Assembly: GCA_963755915.1 (NCBI GenBank)
Contig: CAVWLP010000002.1
Coordinates: 32,001 to 96,000, forward strand
Source of the DNA: an uncultured Phycisphaerales bacterium
GTDB taxonomy: Bacteria; Planctomycetota; Phycisphaerae; Tepidisphaerales; Tepidisphaeraceae
DNA: 64,000 nucleotides
Reading direction: 5' to 3'
Shown here: in pieces, positions 1 to 10,873 of the stretch
Layout of the letters: the number at the start of each line of letters is the position of its first letter
Numbering within the stretch: the first letter of the stretch is position 1
Program-made: the position numbers and the translations under genes
The notes under the pieces: model-generated
What the model was told of the DNA's origin: nothing
The model's database searches: none
What the model saw: only the letters and a program-made list of their open reading frames with translations

Positions 1-153
1 TTCTACCGCAATATCGTTTTCGGTTCGAGATACGCTGCCAGGTTGGCTCGCCGCGTAGAAAAAATGGATAAAGTCTTGGCGGAATTTATCGGTCTCGGCG
101 TCGACGAAATCAAGAAGTTGCGACTTGCGATCGCCCACTGCCTTCGCGGGTGA
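1..153 (+). CDS. 3' end of a hypothetical protein running off the window edge (inside the integrative element)
   Basis: Frame 1 is open from base 1 to TGA at 151-153 (FYRNIVFGSRYAARLARRVEKMDKVLAEFIGLGVDEIKKLRLAIAHCLRG*). Confidence 0.45.
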   Translation, partial: FYRNIVFGSRYAARLARRVEKMDKVLAEFIGLGVDEIKKLRLAIAHCLRG

Positions 154-289
154 TTCTGATTCGGAGAGTCGGGGAAAGAAGGGGGCTTTCTGTTTACAAC
201 ATTTCCCTATCGCGTCTTTCGCGCCCTGCTGAAAATTCGTTTCGACCGCGGGAATCTCCCGGAGCGGTCAAAGGATTGCAGGCGTCGAT

Positions 290-1797
290 ATGGACGGCGA
301 AAAGATGACAACTATCGATTCGGCCGAGGCCGCCGGCGAAAGTCAATGTCTCCCATCGAGCGCACCTGACGAACGGCGACAACGACGTAGTTCAAGCCGG
401 CGCATGGTCCGGTCGGAGCTGTTGGGTCATCATTCGCTAACGGCAAAGAATGGGGTTTCGGTCTCGATCTACCAGAGGGACGGCAGATATATTGTTCGTG
501 GATTTTTAAACCGGCGTCGATTCGGCGAAACGCTCCCGAGCGATCCGCAAATGGCGGAAGCCCGATTAGTTGAGATCATTACCGAAATTGGCAACGGCAC
601 CTATAGGCAACGATCAGAAGCGCGGAGGCTTCCGCTCAAGCGCGATGCGTCCGCACCGCGATCGTTTCGAGAGATTGCAAATGAATTTCTAGCGGAGAAG
701 CGCCGGCTGCGTGGGAAGGTTACAGCCGATACCTATCGCGATCGCCTGGCCCGTCCCATCCAGTTTCTTGAGCTGCCGCACAACATTCGGCGCTGGCGCT
801 GGCGCAGGAAATTGATCGAACGTGTGCAGTCGAAATGCGCGCATCGCTGCATCAGTGTCAGGTGTCACGCAACGGCCATCCGACTGCGGAACCTCGCCCG
901 ATTTCAGGGCGGCAGGTCCATAACGATTTGTCCACTGTCGCTTCCGTTCTATCCTGGGCTTGCCGCATGGACGTCGCTCTGTTGCCGCCGGGATTTGCAA
1001 ATCCGTTCACCCGCGAAATTCTTGGCGACCGTGCTCGGCGAGATCCACTGGAACCGGTGAAGCTGCCGTTGGAGTTGCGGATTGAACTGGTTCGGGCGAT
1101 GGATCCATGGCAATTGTCGGTATTGTCATTCCCGCTGGTATTGCCCCAGCGGCCGGATGAATTTGAAGGTCTGCTGATAGACGATCTATTGATCGATCGC
1201 CGCGAACTGGTATTTGCGAGCCGATTCGGTGGAGCCGATTTCAACAAGGCCAGGCAGAGTTTCCGCGTGACATATCCGCCCGAATTTGATTCGCTGATCG
1301 CGCATTTGATTCGGGGTCGCGCTGCCGGTCCGGTCTTCTGCCAGCGCACGATTGCCGAAGGAAGGCGTCGCCCCAAGATGACGCCAGAATCAGCGCAGGA
1401 TCTCGTGAGATCCTTGGAACGGTCGGTAGCGAATTCTCCGGCGGGTGCAGTTGATGGGGAACAGGATCGTAAGCGCGTCTTTCGCCGATTGCTCAAGGAT
1501 TGCGGCGGTGTCGGAAAGGACGTTGTGGCGGCGGAATTCAGGAGGATACTGGCTGAGGTTCGTCCTGGCGTGCGGGCCCGCTTCTACGATCTCCGGAGTG
1601 CTACGATCACGGACATCAAGGACGCCAGCGTGGATTGGCTAATCCGCCGGTACGTCACCGGCAAGAGCCTGGGGCGAGATACTCTGGCAAATTACGAATG
1701 CCAAAACCTCGCGCACCATATGGCCAAATATTTTCAATCAATAAAACCGCTGCTGTCGTCGATCGAGGCGCGCGCGAAGGTACTGGGAATCCAATGA
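290..1797 (+). CDS. Tyrosine recombinase/integrase, split by a frameshift near 800-835
   Basis: ORFs 290-1060 and 835-1797 join into arm-binding N-terminus, SAM-like core (FREIANEFLAEK...TADTYRDRL) and catalytic domain with PQRPDE (R), FYDLRS (HxxR position), VTGK (H/W position) and LANY (Tyr). Confidence 0.75.
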
Positions 1798-2147
1798 TCG
1801 GCGCCAACCATCATCGTCTGTTCCGCGGGACTGTCCCAGTCGCACCGCCCGGTTGGATATTACAATCGCTGCGGTCAAGGGAATCTCGGTTGAATTTGAC
1901 CGTTTCGGAATCAACCACGATACTCAGACCCCGCGAACAACGTTGGGTCAGGCTTGGAGTCGATGTTAGACAGCGACGCCGCCCATACCGACGATTGCAG
2001 TACGGCGCGTCGGGAAAATATCGGAGCGGAAAAATCTCTTGCCTTGAACAGGGGGATCGACATAGAGTTTATTCGATGTGGTCCACAGCGTCATCATTAT
2101 GCACCAGGGGCGGAACCCCAGAGAGGTGTTTCCGCAGTCGATGGAGG

Positions 2148-2180
2148 TGGTGCACGATTGGTGCACCGCTGGTGCACCAC
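2148..2180 (+). repeat. Three tandem 11-bp direct repeats, candidate integrase arm-type binding sites
   Basis: TGGTGCACGAT / TGGTGCACCGC / TGGTGCACCAC, about 140 bp from the putative att core. Confidence 0.65.
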
Positions 2181-2316
2181 GCGAATGGACCGGCAAACGA
2201 ACGCGGGCGAGATCGAACCGATTGTATGGTTCGTAACCGTGATTCGTTTATTAGTTTACGCACTGGGCGGAGTCGGTCGGTTGGCGCGATGATGAGCTGA
2301 AGAGAGATCGGGGCCA

Positions 2317-2333
2317 GAGTCTCCCCCTCTCCG
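2317..2333 (+). mobile_element. Putative att core: 3' fragment of a tRNA (Ser-like)
   Basis: GAGT-CTCCC-CCTCTCC-G fits T-loop 3' part, T-stem 3' strand, acceptor 3' strand and discriminator G of a tRNA starting GGAGAGG. No 5' half is present. Confidence 0.6.
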
Positions 2334-2352
2334 TTTTTCGCAAAGCGAAAAA
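2334..2352. terminator. Inverted repeat directly after the tRNA fragment (terminator-like)
   Basis: TTTTTCGC-AAA-GCGAAAAA perfect 8-bp stem. Confidence 0.45.
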
Positions 2353-2427
2353 CAGAGCAGTGGAGCAGTAGATCAGTAGAAAAATAAGACATCCAAAGTC
2401 GCAAGCCCTCCACTGCGGTCTACTGCT

Positions 2428-2730
2428 CTACTGTTCTACTCTCTTCTTCTTCCCCAATTCGCATACCCGGTCCAGATATCCCAACAACTCCCCCGCCCGG
2501 ACCGCCCAGGTCTGCCGCTCGATATATTTCCGCCGCGCCGCAACGTCCACCGCGAACTCCCCGGCGAGAATCCTCCGAGCCAGCTTCACCGCCTCCCGTC
2601 CGTTTTCAGCGATATGAACATGCGGCAGATGCTCCCGCACTTCGCGGATTGCCGTGCTGATGATCGGCGCGGAGTCGTCAGATAATCATACAGCCGTAGC
2701 GGGCACCGGCGGTCAGCGTATCGAAACCAC
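2428..2730 (-). pseudogene. C-terminal remnant of a GT-B (GT4-like) glycosyltransferase
   Basis: CPLRLYDYLTT / PIISTAIREVREHL...ERQTWAVRAGELL resembles the P.KL.EY.A.G.P.I.T...W..RA C-terminal motif. No N-terminal part. Confidence 0.6.
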
Positions 2731-3000
2731 AATGCTACAGAGGATTCGCGAATCATTTGCCGTGATTGACGCTGACCTGACGGCGATCCGTGACGCGGTG
2801 GGCCCTGGCCCGCTTGCTTACAAAATAGGACCGATCTGAAGCGATGAGGATCGTGAAATCTCAGTTCGTGGCCGAGAGGATGAACGCTCCAGGTCAACGG
2901 ACCCGGACCGCCGAAAAAAAAAGGTCTTTCTATATAGTATCGCCGCCGATATGATATCGATCGTGACTAGCGGAGGAAAGTACAAAGGGTCTGGCTCAAT

Positions 3001-3108
3001 ATGAAAACTTTCAAGCTCAATCGATTGTTCAATGCAAAATCGAGACGATGTTTCGACGTACCTATGCTATTGCGAGTACGGCAGGCGACGGCGACCGCGT
3101 GCAGGTGA
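3001..3108 (+). pseudogene. N-terminal remnant of a class I (DhnA-type) aldolase-like gene
   Basis: MKTFKLNRLFNAKSRRCFDV resembles the RLNRLFN...GRC.DVA.DHG start of DhnA-like aldolases. It breaks before DHG and stops after 35 codons. Confidence 0.45.
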
Positions 3109-3160
3109 AGATTTGTGCGCGGCGAAACGCAGGGTTTCAACCAAGCGGATTTTTGTCGGT

Positions 3161-4416
3161 ATGCAATCGGATCGTCCCGAAGTTCTTATCATCGGCGGGG
3201 GGCTGGTGGGGGCGGCATCAGCATGGCAATTGTCTGCTCGGGCGCAAAAGTAACTGTCCTGGATAGAGGGGAAATCGGCCATGGGTGCTCTTACGGCAAT
3301 GCCGGGTGGGTAACACCCTGCTTCGCTATGCCTTTGCCCATGCCCGGTATGCTAATCAAGTGCATCAAGTGGATGCTCAATTCCCGCAGCCCGCTTTATA
3401 TCCAACCACGGGCGAGCCGATCCCTGGTGAGCTGGTTGTGGAAGTTTCTGAATGCAATGAACCGCAAACAGATGCTCGCTTCGGTCGATGCCCTCGTTGG
3501 GTTGTCGAAATTGAGCCTGGAGCTCTACCGTAAATTGGATGAACAGACGCCCGGCGCTTTTGGATTTAAGCAAACCGGCTTGCTGATGTTGGCGCAGGAC
3601 GACGCAAACATGGCTGCGGCTTTGGAAGAAATGGAACTGGTCTCGGCACGGGGCGTCAGGGGCCGCAGGCTCAGTGCAAATGAAGCGAGAGAGCTCGAGC
3701 CTTCTGTTCAGCAGGACTCGATTGTCGGCGGAGTTTTCTTTGCCGATGAAGCGCACGTCGAGCCTCTGGCAACGGTGAGGCATCTGATCGACCTGGCAAG
3801 CAAGGCCGGAGCGGCCATTCAGCCCAAAACCGAAGTGCTCGAATTCGTGCGGCACAATGGCAGCATTGAGTCTGTGGTCACCACGCGGGGGGAAATCAAG
3901 GTGGACAAAATTGTGTTGGCCGCAGGGGCGTGGTCGGGCCGGCTGGCGGCAAAGCTTAACCTGCCGATTCCAATCCTTTCGGGCAAGGGATATTCGGTCA
4001 TCCTTCCGCCCCTGAAAGTTTCTCCAAAGATTCCGATCTACATCCTCGATCGGAAGATCGCCATTACGCCGCGATCTGCTTCGCTGCGGATCGCGGGAAC
4101 ATTTGAGTTGGTGGATCTGAACGAATCAGTGACGATGTCGCGAGTGCAAACCATGTTGGACGGCGCAGGGACGATACTGGATATTCCTCGGCAAGTCTCG
4201 ATAAGCGAAATTTGGCGCGGTTTGCGGCCCTGCACGCCGGACGGTGTTCCCATCATTGATTGGGCACCGAATTGCTCCAACCTTTTCATCGCGGCGGGGC
4301 ATCAAATGCTGGGCTTGCAAACAGCCACTGGAACGGGCACTCTCGTTGCGGATCTGCTGAGCGGCGCCACGCCTTGCGTGAATCCCGAACCGTTTCGCAT
4401 CAGCCGATTTTGCTGA
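3161..4416 (+). CDS. FAD-dependent D-amino acid dehydrogenase (DadA/DAO family), frameshift near 3235
   Basis: MQSDRPEVLIIGGGLVGAASAWQL in one frame continues as GAKVTVLDRG...CSYGNAGW. C-terminal WRGLRPCTPDGVPII...AAGHQMLGL. Confidence 0.85.
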
Positions 4417-4558
4417 TCCCCATTCCTGGTTTACAGACAGACTCCTCATCGAACAGAGCGATTCACGCAATGACTTCGCCCGGCGGAGTCGCCGTTGCGA
4501 TGGGCAGGGGCGTCTCACCTTCCTGTTTTGCCGGCACTGGCGTAGCTGTCTAGTTCAA

Positions 4559-5764
4559 CTATTCGCTGTAAACCGGAGAGCCAGCGCAAAAGGTGCGGGC
4601 GGGGGTGAGATCATCGTTCCAAACAACCAGGTCCGCGTCCGCGCCCTTGTGAATCGCGCCTTTTGTCGGCAAGCCCATAATCCTGGCGGGCGTGCCGCTC
4701 ACCATTCGCCATATCTGGTCTTCGGAAAAAGAGGATGATTTGAACCACTGAAGCAAGTTTCGGATTGCCTGATCCATGGTCAACGAACTACCGGCAAGGC
4801 ATTTGTAAAGAGGGTGCTTGGGGTCGTCGATGCGGGCCCCGTCACCTGGGCGGATGCGAACCGGGTATCCCCACGGTGTCGGGTACGTGCCTTCGGGCAT
4901 TCCGGCGCCGATGTTGGAGTCGGTAATTGCCGCGACACGGTCGACTCCTTTGTTGACCAGAGCCATCTCAACGGCGATGCGTGGAACGTGCGCTCCGTCG
5001 CAAATGAAATCGACTGACACGCGCGGATCGCAATAGATCGCTTCGAAGGCGCCGACTGGTCGCACCCCGGGTTCCTGCTCCGCCGGAAGCGGAAAGACGT
5101 TGTAGAAATGTGTCGCATGGCGCGCCCCCGCCTCGATAGCAGCTCGCGTCTGTTCCGCCGAGGCACGCGTATGAGTCATGAACACAGCAATATTGCGTTC
5201 CCGCAGATGCTCGATGACTGGCAGAATATTCGGTGTATCCGGGCTGATCGACACAATACCAACCCGGTCCTCCGCGGCGGCCAGCATTTCCTTGAGATAA
5301 CCCACGTCACCGTCTCGCGGAACGCAGGCAGCGCCAGGGAGCGCTACGAAAGGGCCTTCCAGATGCAATCCAGGAATATTGACCGAACCTGCAGCTTTCG
5401 GGATGGCGCTGGTTAATCGCTGCAGCAAGTCGAGAAACTCAGATGGCTGCGAAGGGATCAGCGTTGGGTATACACTTGTCACACCGTGCCGCGGAAGATT
5501 TCGCGCGATTGCCAAGAGATCCTCGGCACCATTGTTGTACATGTAGGCGTGTAATCCGTGGGTATGCATATCGATAAGGCCCGGTGTGACCAAACGACCA
5601 CCGGCGTCAATCTTCGTGCAGCCAATCGGGGGAAGCGAGGACCCCAAATCAATTCGAGTGATGCGGCCCCCTGAGATTAGCAACGATCCGAGTACGGCAG
5701 GCACGCCGGGGAGAAGCAGGCGAGCGTTTTCGATGTAGGTATCGGGTGCCGAGTTCATTACCAT
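4559..5764 (-). CDS. nagA: N-acetylglucosamine-6-phosphate deacetylase
   Basis: PGLIDMHTHG, GLHLEGPF, HATHFYN, ICDGAHV, ITDS, LAGSSLTMD, TPARIMG...GADADLVV motifs. Confidence 0.85.
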   Translation of the reverse strand: MVMNSAPDTYIENARLLLPGVPAVLGSLLISGGRITRIDLGSSLPPIGCTKIDAGGRLVTPGLIDMHTHGLHAYMYNNGAEDLLAIARNLPRHGVTSVYPTLIPSQPSEFLDLLQRLTSAIPKAAGSVNIPGLHLEGPFVALPGAACVPRDGDVGYLKEMLAAAEDRVGIVSISPDTPNILPVIEHLRERNIAVFMTHTRASAEQTRAAIEAGARHATHFYNVFPLPAEQEPGVRPVGAFEAIYCDPRVSVDFICDGAHVPRIAVEMALVNKGVDRVAAITDSNIGAGMPEGTYPTPWGYPVRIRPGDGARIDDPKHPLYKCLAGSSLTMDQAIRNLLQWFKSSSFSEDQIWRMVSGTPARIMGLPTKGAIHKGADADLVVWNDDLTPARTFCAGSPVYSE

Positions 5765-6034
5765 GGTTGGAATCCCACTCTTTACATTCAACGCGTCATC
5801 CATTACGAGCGAGCCGCAGAACATCTCGCAGCGCGCCAATTACTCAGAAGCCGTCGCGGCGTTGGCTTGTCCCGGTATAATCGGCAATATGCCAACCTTA
5901 GGCAAATCCTCCTCGTTTGACTTTATTCGGGAATTCTTCGCCCAGCGGCTGCCGAACGTAGCGAATCAGCGCGATCAGCCGATGCTCCGCCTGGTGATCT
6001 GCTCCCAAATCCTGATTATCTTCGAGCACTTCTT

Positions 6035-7123
6035 ATGCGTTTGATATTTGACTCTCATTTGGACTTATCGTGGAACGCGATGTCCTGGAATCGCGACCTG
6101 ACGCAATCGATCCAAACGGTCCGCCAGGTCGAATCCGAAATGACCGACGACGACTCGCGCGGCAACGCAACGGTCACGCTGCCCGAAATGCGCCGCGGGG
6201 GTGTGGCGCTATGCTGCGGTACCCTCCTTACCCGCGCAAAAAACGGCGTCAATTCCTGGAAAAAAATCGATCTCGATTTCCGGACGCAGGAAATCGCCTG
6301 CGCAACCGCACGGGGTCAATTGGCTTACTATCACCTCCTCGCCGAACGCGCAGAGATCGCCATGATCGCCAACCAGGACCAGTTGCGGTCGCATCTATCG
6401 CTCTGGCGTCGGGCTGGGGAACAAACACAATCACTGCCCATCGGGCTTATCCTCACAATGGAAGGAGCGGACCCAATTCTTTCCCCCAGTAAAGTCGGCA
6501 GTTGGTGGGACCTGGGAGTACGTGCGGTTGGCCTTGCACACTACGGCACGGGTCACTATGCCATCGGAACCGGCGAAAACGGCCCCCTGAGCCCCAGAGG
6601 TGTTGAATTGGTTAAAGAACTGAACCGCGTTGGAATGATTCTCGATGCGACGCACAGTTCCGACCTCAGCTTTTTCCAGGCGATGGATTTATTCCATGGC
6701 CACATCATGGCCAGCCATAACAATTGCCGCGCACTTGTACCCGGCGATCGACAGTATTCCGATGAACAGATAAAATTGCTGATCCAGCGCAATGCGGTCA
6801 TCGGCGTCGTGCTCGATGGGTGGATGCTGCAGCCCGGTTTCATACTCGGCAAATCACGCGGCGATGATATCCCGCTTTCAAGCGTTGCTGACCATATCGA
6901 TCACATCTGTCAGCTTGCTGGCAACGTTCGTCACGCCGCGTTGGGAAGCGACCTCGATGGGGGCTTTGGTGCAGAGGAAACGCCGGCTGGTGTGAACACC
7001 ATCGCTGACCTGCAAAAGCTCGACACAATTCTCGCTCAGCGAGGATACACACCCGCCGATATTGACAGTATTTTCCACGGCAACTGGTTACAGTTCTTTT
7101 TGCGTGCTCTGCCCAAAACGTGA
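6035..7123 (+). CDS. Membrane dipeptidase family (M19) amidohydrolase
   Basis: FDSHLDL, MEGAD, ILDATH, ASHNNCRAL, HIDHICQL...GSDLDGG. Confidence 0.88.
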   Translation: MRLIFDSHLDLSWNAMSWNRDLTQSIQTVRQVESEMTDDDSRGNATVTLPEMRRGGVALCCGTLLTRAKNGVNSWKKIDLDFRTQEIACATARGQLAYYHLLAERAEIAMIANQDQLRSHLSLWRRAGEQTQSLPIGLILTMEGADPILSPSKVGSWWDLGVRAVGLAHYGTGHYAIGTGENGPLSPRGVELVKELNRVGMILDATHSSDLSFFQAMDLFHGHIMASHNNCRALVPGDRQYSDEQIKLLIQRNAVIGVVLDGWMLQPGFILGKSRGDDIPLSSVADHIDHICQLAGNVRHAALGSDLDGGFGAEETPAGVNTIADLQKLDTILAQRGYTPADIDSIFHGNWLQFFLRALPKT

Positions 7124-7267
7124 AAAATAATCAAGATTGAGGAGTGCTACATTCAGATCCAACAATTGGCCCACGAAGCTCCGCGGCTCAATCCAAACTG
7201 GGACCTCTGCCAGTACTCCGTTTCCAGATGCCATTCAAGCAACATTGTTTGTCGCTGTCTCGGGATT

Positions 7268-9453
7268 TCAGGGATTCGGCGCTGCGAGTTCGACGATTGT
7301 GTAGCGACCTATTCCCTGAAGTATCAACTGATCGGGATTGGCACGAGAAATCGGTCGCAAGCCGTCGAGTGTGTGGATGCTGAGGTGTCTGTTCCTCAAC
7401 AGAGGGCCAGTGAGCGTCACATCGAGAGGATCAACTGTATCGCTGACTTGGACCAGATGCAGCAGATCGGTCGAATCCGCCTGCCGATGGTGTTCGATGA
7501 TAACTTGAGATGGCGCATGTAAACGTACGGAGGACTCGCCATGTAACTGGTGAATGAACACGCCTAACGCCTGAGCTTGTTCTGGGGGGTGCCAATCATC
7601 GGGCTGGAAATAATTGTATGCCGCCGACTTGCTGCAGCGTGTTTGGATCAGCGGCCAGAAACCAACGCGGCCATTTCCGAGTTCGTTAATCGCCGGCTCG
7701 AGCGCGGCGAATGGGTCTTCATCTTCAAGCCAACTGTGCCAGATCTCTGCCGGATCAAGTTCACTCCATCGCCTCTGCCATGCGGGGATCCACGCAGCGA
7801 TGGGATTGGTTGCGCACGGCGAAAGTGCTCATTGTGGCTTGCTGTGCCTGACGTTACCAGCACATTTCCGCCGGCACGAACCCAGGATCCCAGCGTTGCA
7901 ATCTCTGCATCTGACAGACAAACGGCCTCCGGTACCAGCAGTGTTTTCACTTCTGCAATCGCCGCTGTGTCAAGCCGGTCGAACATCCGCCAGGGAATCT
8001 GCATCTGCACCAGCAGTTGCTCGCATGCCATCGCCGTCCACCAAGGTGAACGCGAATTCCACGCCAAACTGGGTTGATGACGAAGCAGTGCAATTTCGCC
8101 TGCTGGCCGAGTATTCTTGAACAGTTTCCAGTGATCCTTCACCCACAATGCGATCTTTTGCTTGATGGAAGCACCCACCGAATAGTGCGGCAGATGGCGG
8201 ATGGTGAAGCCCATGCACGCCAGATTGCCGCCATTTGCGGCAGCGCTAAGCGCCAGGCTTGCTTCGATTCGTCCGGGTTCACGCATCCAATGATAATTGC
8301 AGGTGGAGATTCCGTATTCGCGGGTGGTTTTGTAGGTGCCAACCCGAGAAATCAAACGGCCATGTTTGAAATCCAGGTCAAGCGGATCTTCGCTCCAGAC
8401 AGCATCCACCCACGGAAGCAATCGCTCCGCCCACTGGGTGAAAATTCGGTAGCTGTTGTAGGACGCACCCCACGCGGGATTGATGCTGACAGCGACATCA
8501 GGGCTAAGTTCATGGATGAACCTCCGCAAGTGCCTCACCAGGGCGAATTCACCATCCCAGCGGAAGCGGAACCAAGACTGAACGTCAGGTGAGCGGACCA
8601 GATCGCCAAGCGCTTGAAACGGGGCAAATCCTGGATCGCCAGCCTGCTGAAGCGGATCGAAACTCGGGAGTGCGATCGACTCAAAATTCACCGGGCCAAA
8701 AAGTTCCTTCTGCTGCTTTGCGTCGGGATAGGACTCCTGCAGCCACTGCCGGTATGCCTGTGTGCAACGGGGGCAGCGGCAAGTTACTGACGGGTAGAAT
8801 GAGAAGTGCATTCCGTCGATGTGAATGAGGTCCGCTCCCATCACGGTAACTGCGTGGCGAAACTCTGCCTCCAAATAACGCATCGCTGATGGATGCAGAT
8901 GGCAGATGCGCGACCGGAACGTCTGCTGCGACGAGTAATGACTGCGACGTCCCAGCTCGCCGACGGTGAGCCAGTCATCAACGTCGGGATACTCGCCGCG
9001 CAAAGTTTCAGGAATGGCGTTGTCGATCCGAAGATATAGCCCAACTCGAAGTCCGCGATCGTGGGCACGTCGAATGATGTCCGCAAATTTGTCGATTCCC
9101 TCCTGGATTGCGGCGCGTCCATACCCTTTGGTGTGAGGGAGAATCAAGTGGTTGCAGCCAAGGGCGGCAATTCGATTCAGGACGTCGTTGGAGAATTCTT
9201 GGTCGTAAGCCTCGGTTTCGTCCGCCCATGCCAGACCGGCCCGGCGGCGAAATGCGAGATCCTCCCATGCGCCAACAAAGATTGAGGGTTCCGCGGCAAA
9301 CCAGGCAGCACGCGGTGGTGGGCCACCCAAAGGATAGGCGTGCCGCCAGCAGTCGAATGCGTGCTTTGGCTGTGGAAGCGTCATCCCGATTCCAACTGGC
9401 TTGGGCACGGGAGGACCTTGATCATTGCCGATTTCTTTGAAAACATAGCGCAT
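7268..9453 (-). CDS. Uncharacterised glycoside-hydrolase-like protein (TIM-barrel plus beta-galactosidase-trimerisation-like domain), frameshifted near the 3' end
   Basis: 601-aa ORF with IHIDG...CRCPRCTQAY (GH42-like Zn motif) and LLVPEAVCLSD...WVRAGGNVLVT (GATase-like/trimerisation domain). ORF 7268-7561 supplies a plausible C-terminal beta domain. Confidence 0.6.
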
Positions 9454-9505
9454 TGCACTCTATAACGGATATAATAACCCAAATAGGATATAGTTCAATA
9501 TTTCG

Positions 9506-9538
9506 TTGACAGGGATTCTCGATCGGGTAAATTATCCC
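9506..9538 (+). promoter_or_regulatory. Sigma70-like promoter with overlapping operator-like motif
   Basis: TTGACA (9506-9511), 16-bp spacer, TAAATT. GGGTAAATTATCCC at 9525-9538 overlaps the -10. Confidence 0.6.
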
Positions 9539-9558
9539 AAGTAAGGCATAATATAGGC

Positions 9559-10641
9559 ATGAGTGATGTAGATCTGAAAATGTCCATCGACCATCGAAGC
9601 GCGGTTCCACTCTACGAGCAGATCTGTCAGCAGATCCGCGAGAAAATTGAGAGTCGCCAACTGATTCCTGGAGCGCCGCTGCCCACGACGCATCAGTTGC
9701 GGGAGCAATTACTGATAAATGCAAAGACCGCACAGCAGGCGATGACGACTTTGGCGCGCGAGGGGTATGTCATACGGCAGGCTCGGCGGGGCACGACTGT
9801 GAGGGGCATCCCGCGCCGCGGCGTGGTGGGAATCTACACCCACCTCGATTTATTGAGCCAGGACGGCATTCATGAGTACTACCGCCTGATCACGGGGTAT
9901 CTCGGCCAGCAGCTTGATGAAAAATCGCGCGTACATCGGCTCTATCTCGGCAGCTTGAAGCCCGGCGTGAATGCCGCATGTGAAGACCTGCTGCAGCATT
10001 TGTCTAGTGGATCGCTCTGTGGTGTCGTACTTGTGAACTCGCCGCCGCATTTGGATGAGCTGGTTCGCGTGGGAAAACAGATGCGCATTCCTGTGGTGGC
10101 GCTCTCGGGCTCGGGCGAAGTGGGTTATTCGGCTCGCGTTGATCACTTAGGTTACGTTCGCGTTGCAGCCAAGTTTCTGCTGCAGCGGGGGTGCCAAAGG
10201 ATAGGTGTGATCTACAACCGGTTCAGTCTTGCGTTTCAGGAGCCGGGTATTGCGCAAAGCATCCTCAATCAGGCCGGATATCTAACCAAGCCGGACTGGG
10301 TTCTGGGTTGGTCTGGAACGCAACAAGGCGGCTACGAAGCGGCGCAACGCATGCCGCTCGCCGAATTGGATGGGTTAATTGTCGAGGACGACGTTATGGC
10401 AATTGGTGTCGATCGCTTTTTGGCAGAATCAAAGATCCACGTGCCGCATGACTTGCGTGTGACCACATTCTGGAACCGGGGCAGCCGCCTTCGGCTGAAC
10501 CAGCCTTTTACACGCTTCGAGATAGATACGGCCAAGCAGGCCCGTCTGGGCTTGGAGCTCGTGCAGGACGTGATCAGGGGAAAGAGAATTGCCGAGCCTC
10601 ATATCAAGATTGCAGTGGAACATTCGGCGATGAATGACTAG
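9559..10641 (+). CDS. GntR-family regulator with LacI-like sugar-binding domain (AraR-like architecture)
   Basis: PLYEQICQQIREKIESRQLIPGAPLPT...TAQQAMTTLAREGYVIRQARRGTTV wHTH. C-terminal periplasmic-binding-protein-like domain (DDVMAIGV, VPHDLRV). Confidence 0.9.
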   Translation: MSDVDLKMSIDHRSAVPLYEQICQQIREKIESRQLIPGAPLPTTHQLREQLLINAKTAQQAMTTLAREGYVIRQARRGTTVRGIPRRGVVGIYTHLDLLSQDGIHEYYRLITGYLGQQLDEKSRVHRLYLGSLKPGVNAACEDLLQHLSSGSLCGVVLVNSPPHLDELVRVGKQMRIPVVALSGSGEVGYSARVDHLGYVRVAAKFLLQRGCQRIGVIYNRFSLAFQEPGIAQSILNQAGYLTKPDWVLGWSGTQQGGYEAAQRMPLAELDGLIVEDDVMAIGVDRFLAESKIHVPHDLRVTTFWNRGSRLRLNQPFTRFEIDTAKQARLGLELVQDVIRGKRIAEPHIKIAVEHSAMND

Positions 10642-10873
10642 CGCTTCCGGCCATAAAGCTTTGAAAGGATGGTGCAGAGTGAAAATGCGAATGTTATCAG
10701 CGTATTTGGGCGCGCCCGTTGTCCTGTGTGTGCCTGCATTCGGCGATTGTTTCACTACCAAAGCCACTATTCGGCTGGAAAAGAATTTCACGCTGGGGCC
10801 CAGCCATGGCGGCAAGCGAAATCGCGTGTGCGATCTTGCGCATCGCTAATTCTCTTGAACCCGGAAGGACAAC

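Noticed and set aside
2260-2333. Complete tRNA gene
   Set aside because: Only the last 17 nt fit a tRNA. No D-arm, anticodon arm or 5' acceptor strand.
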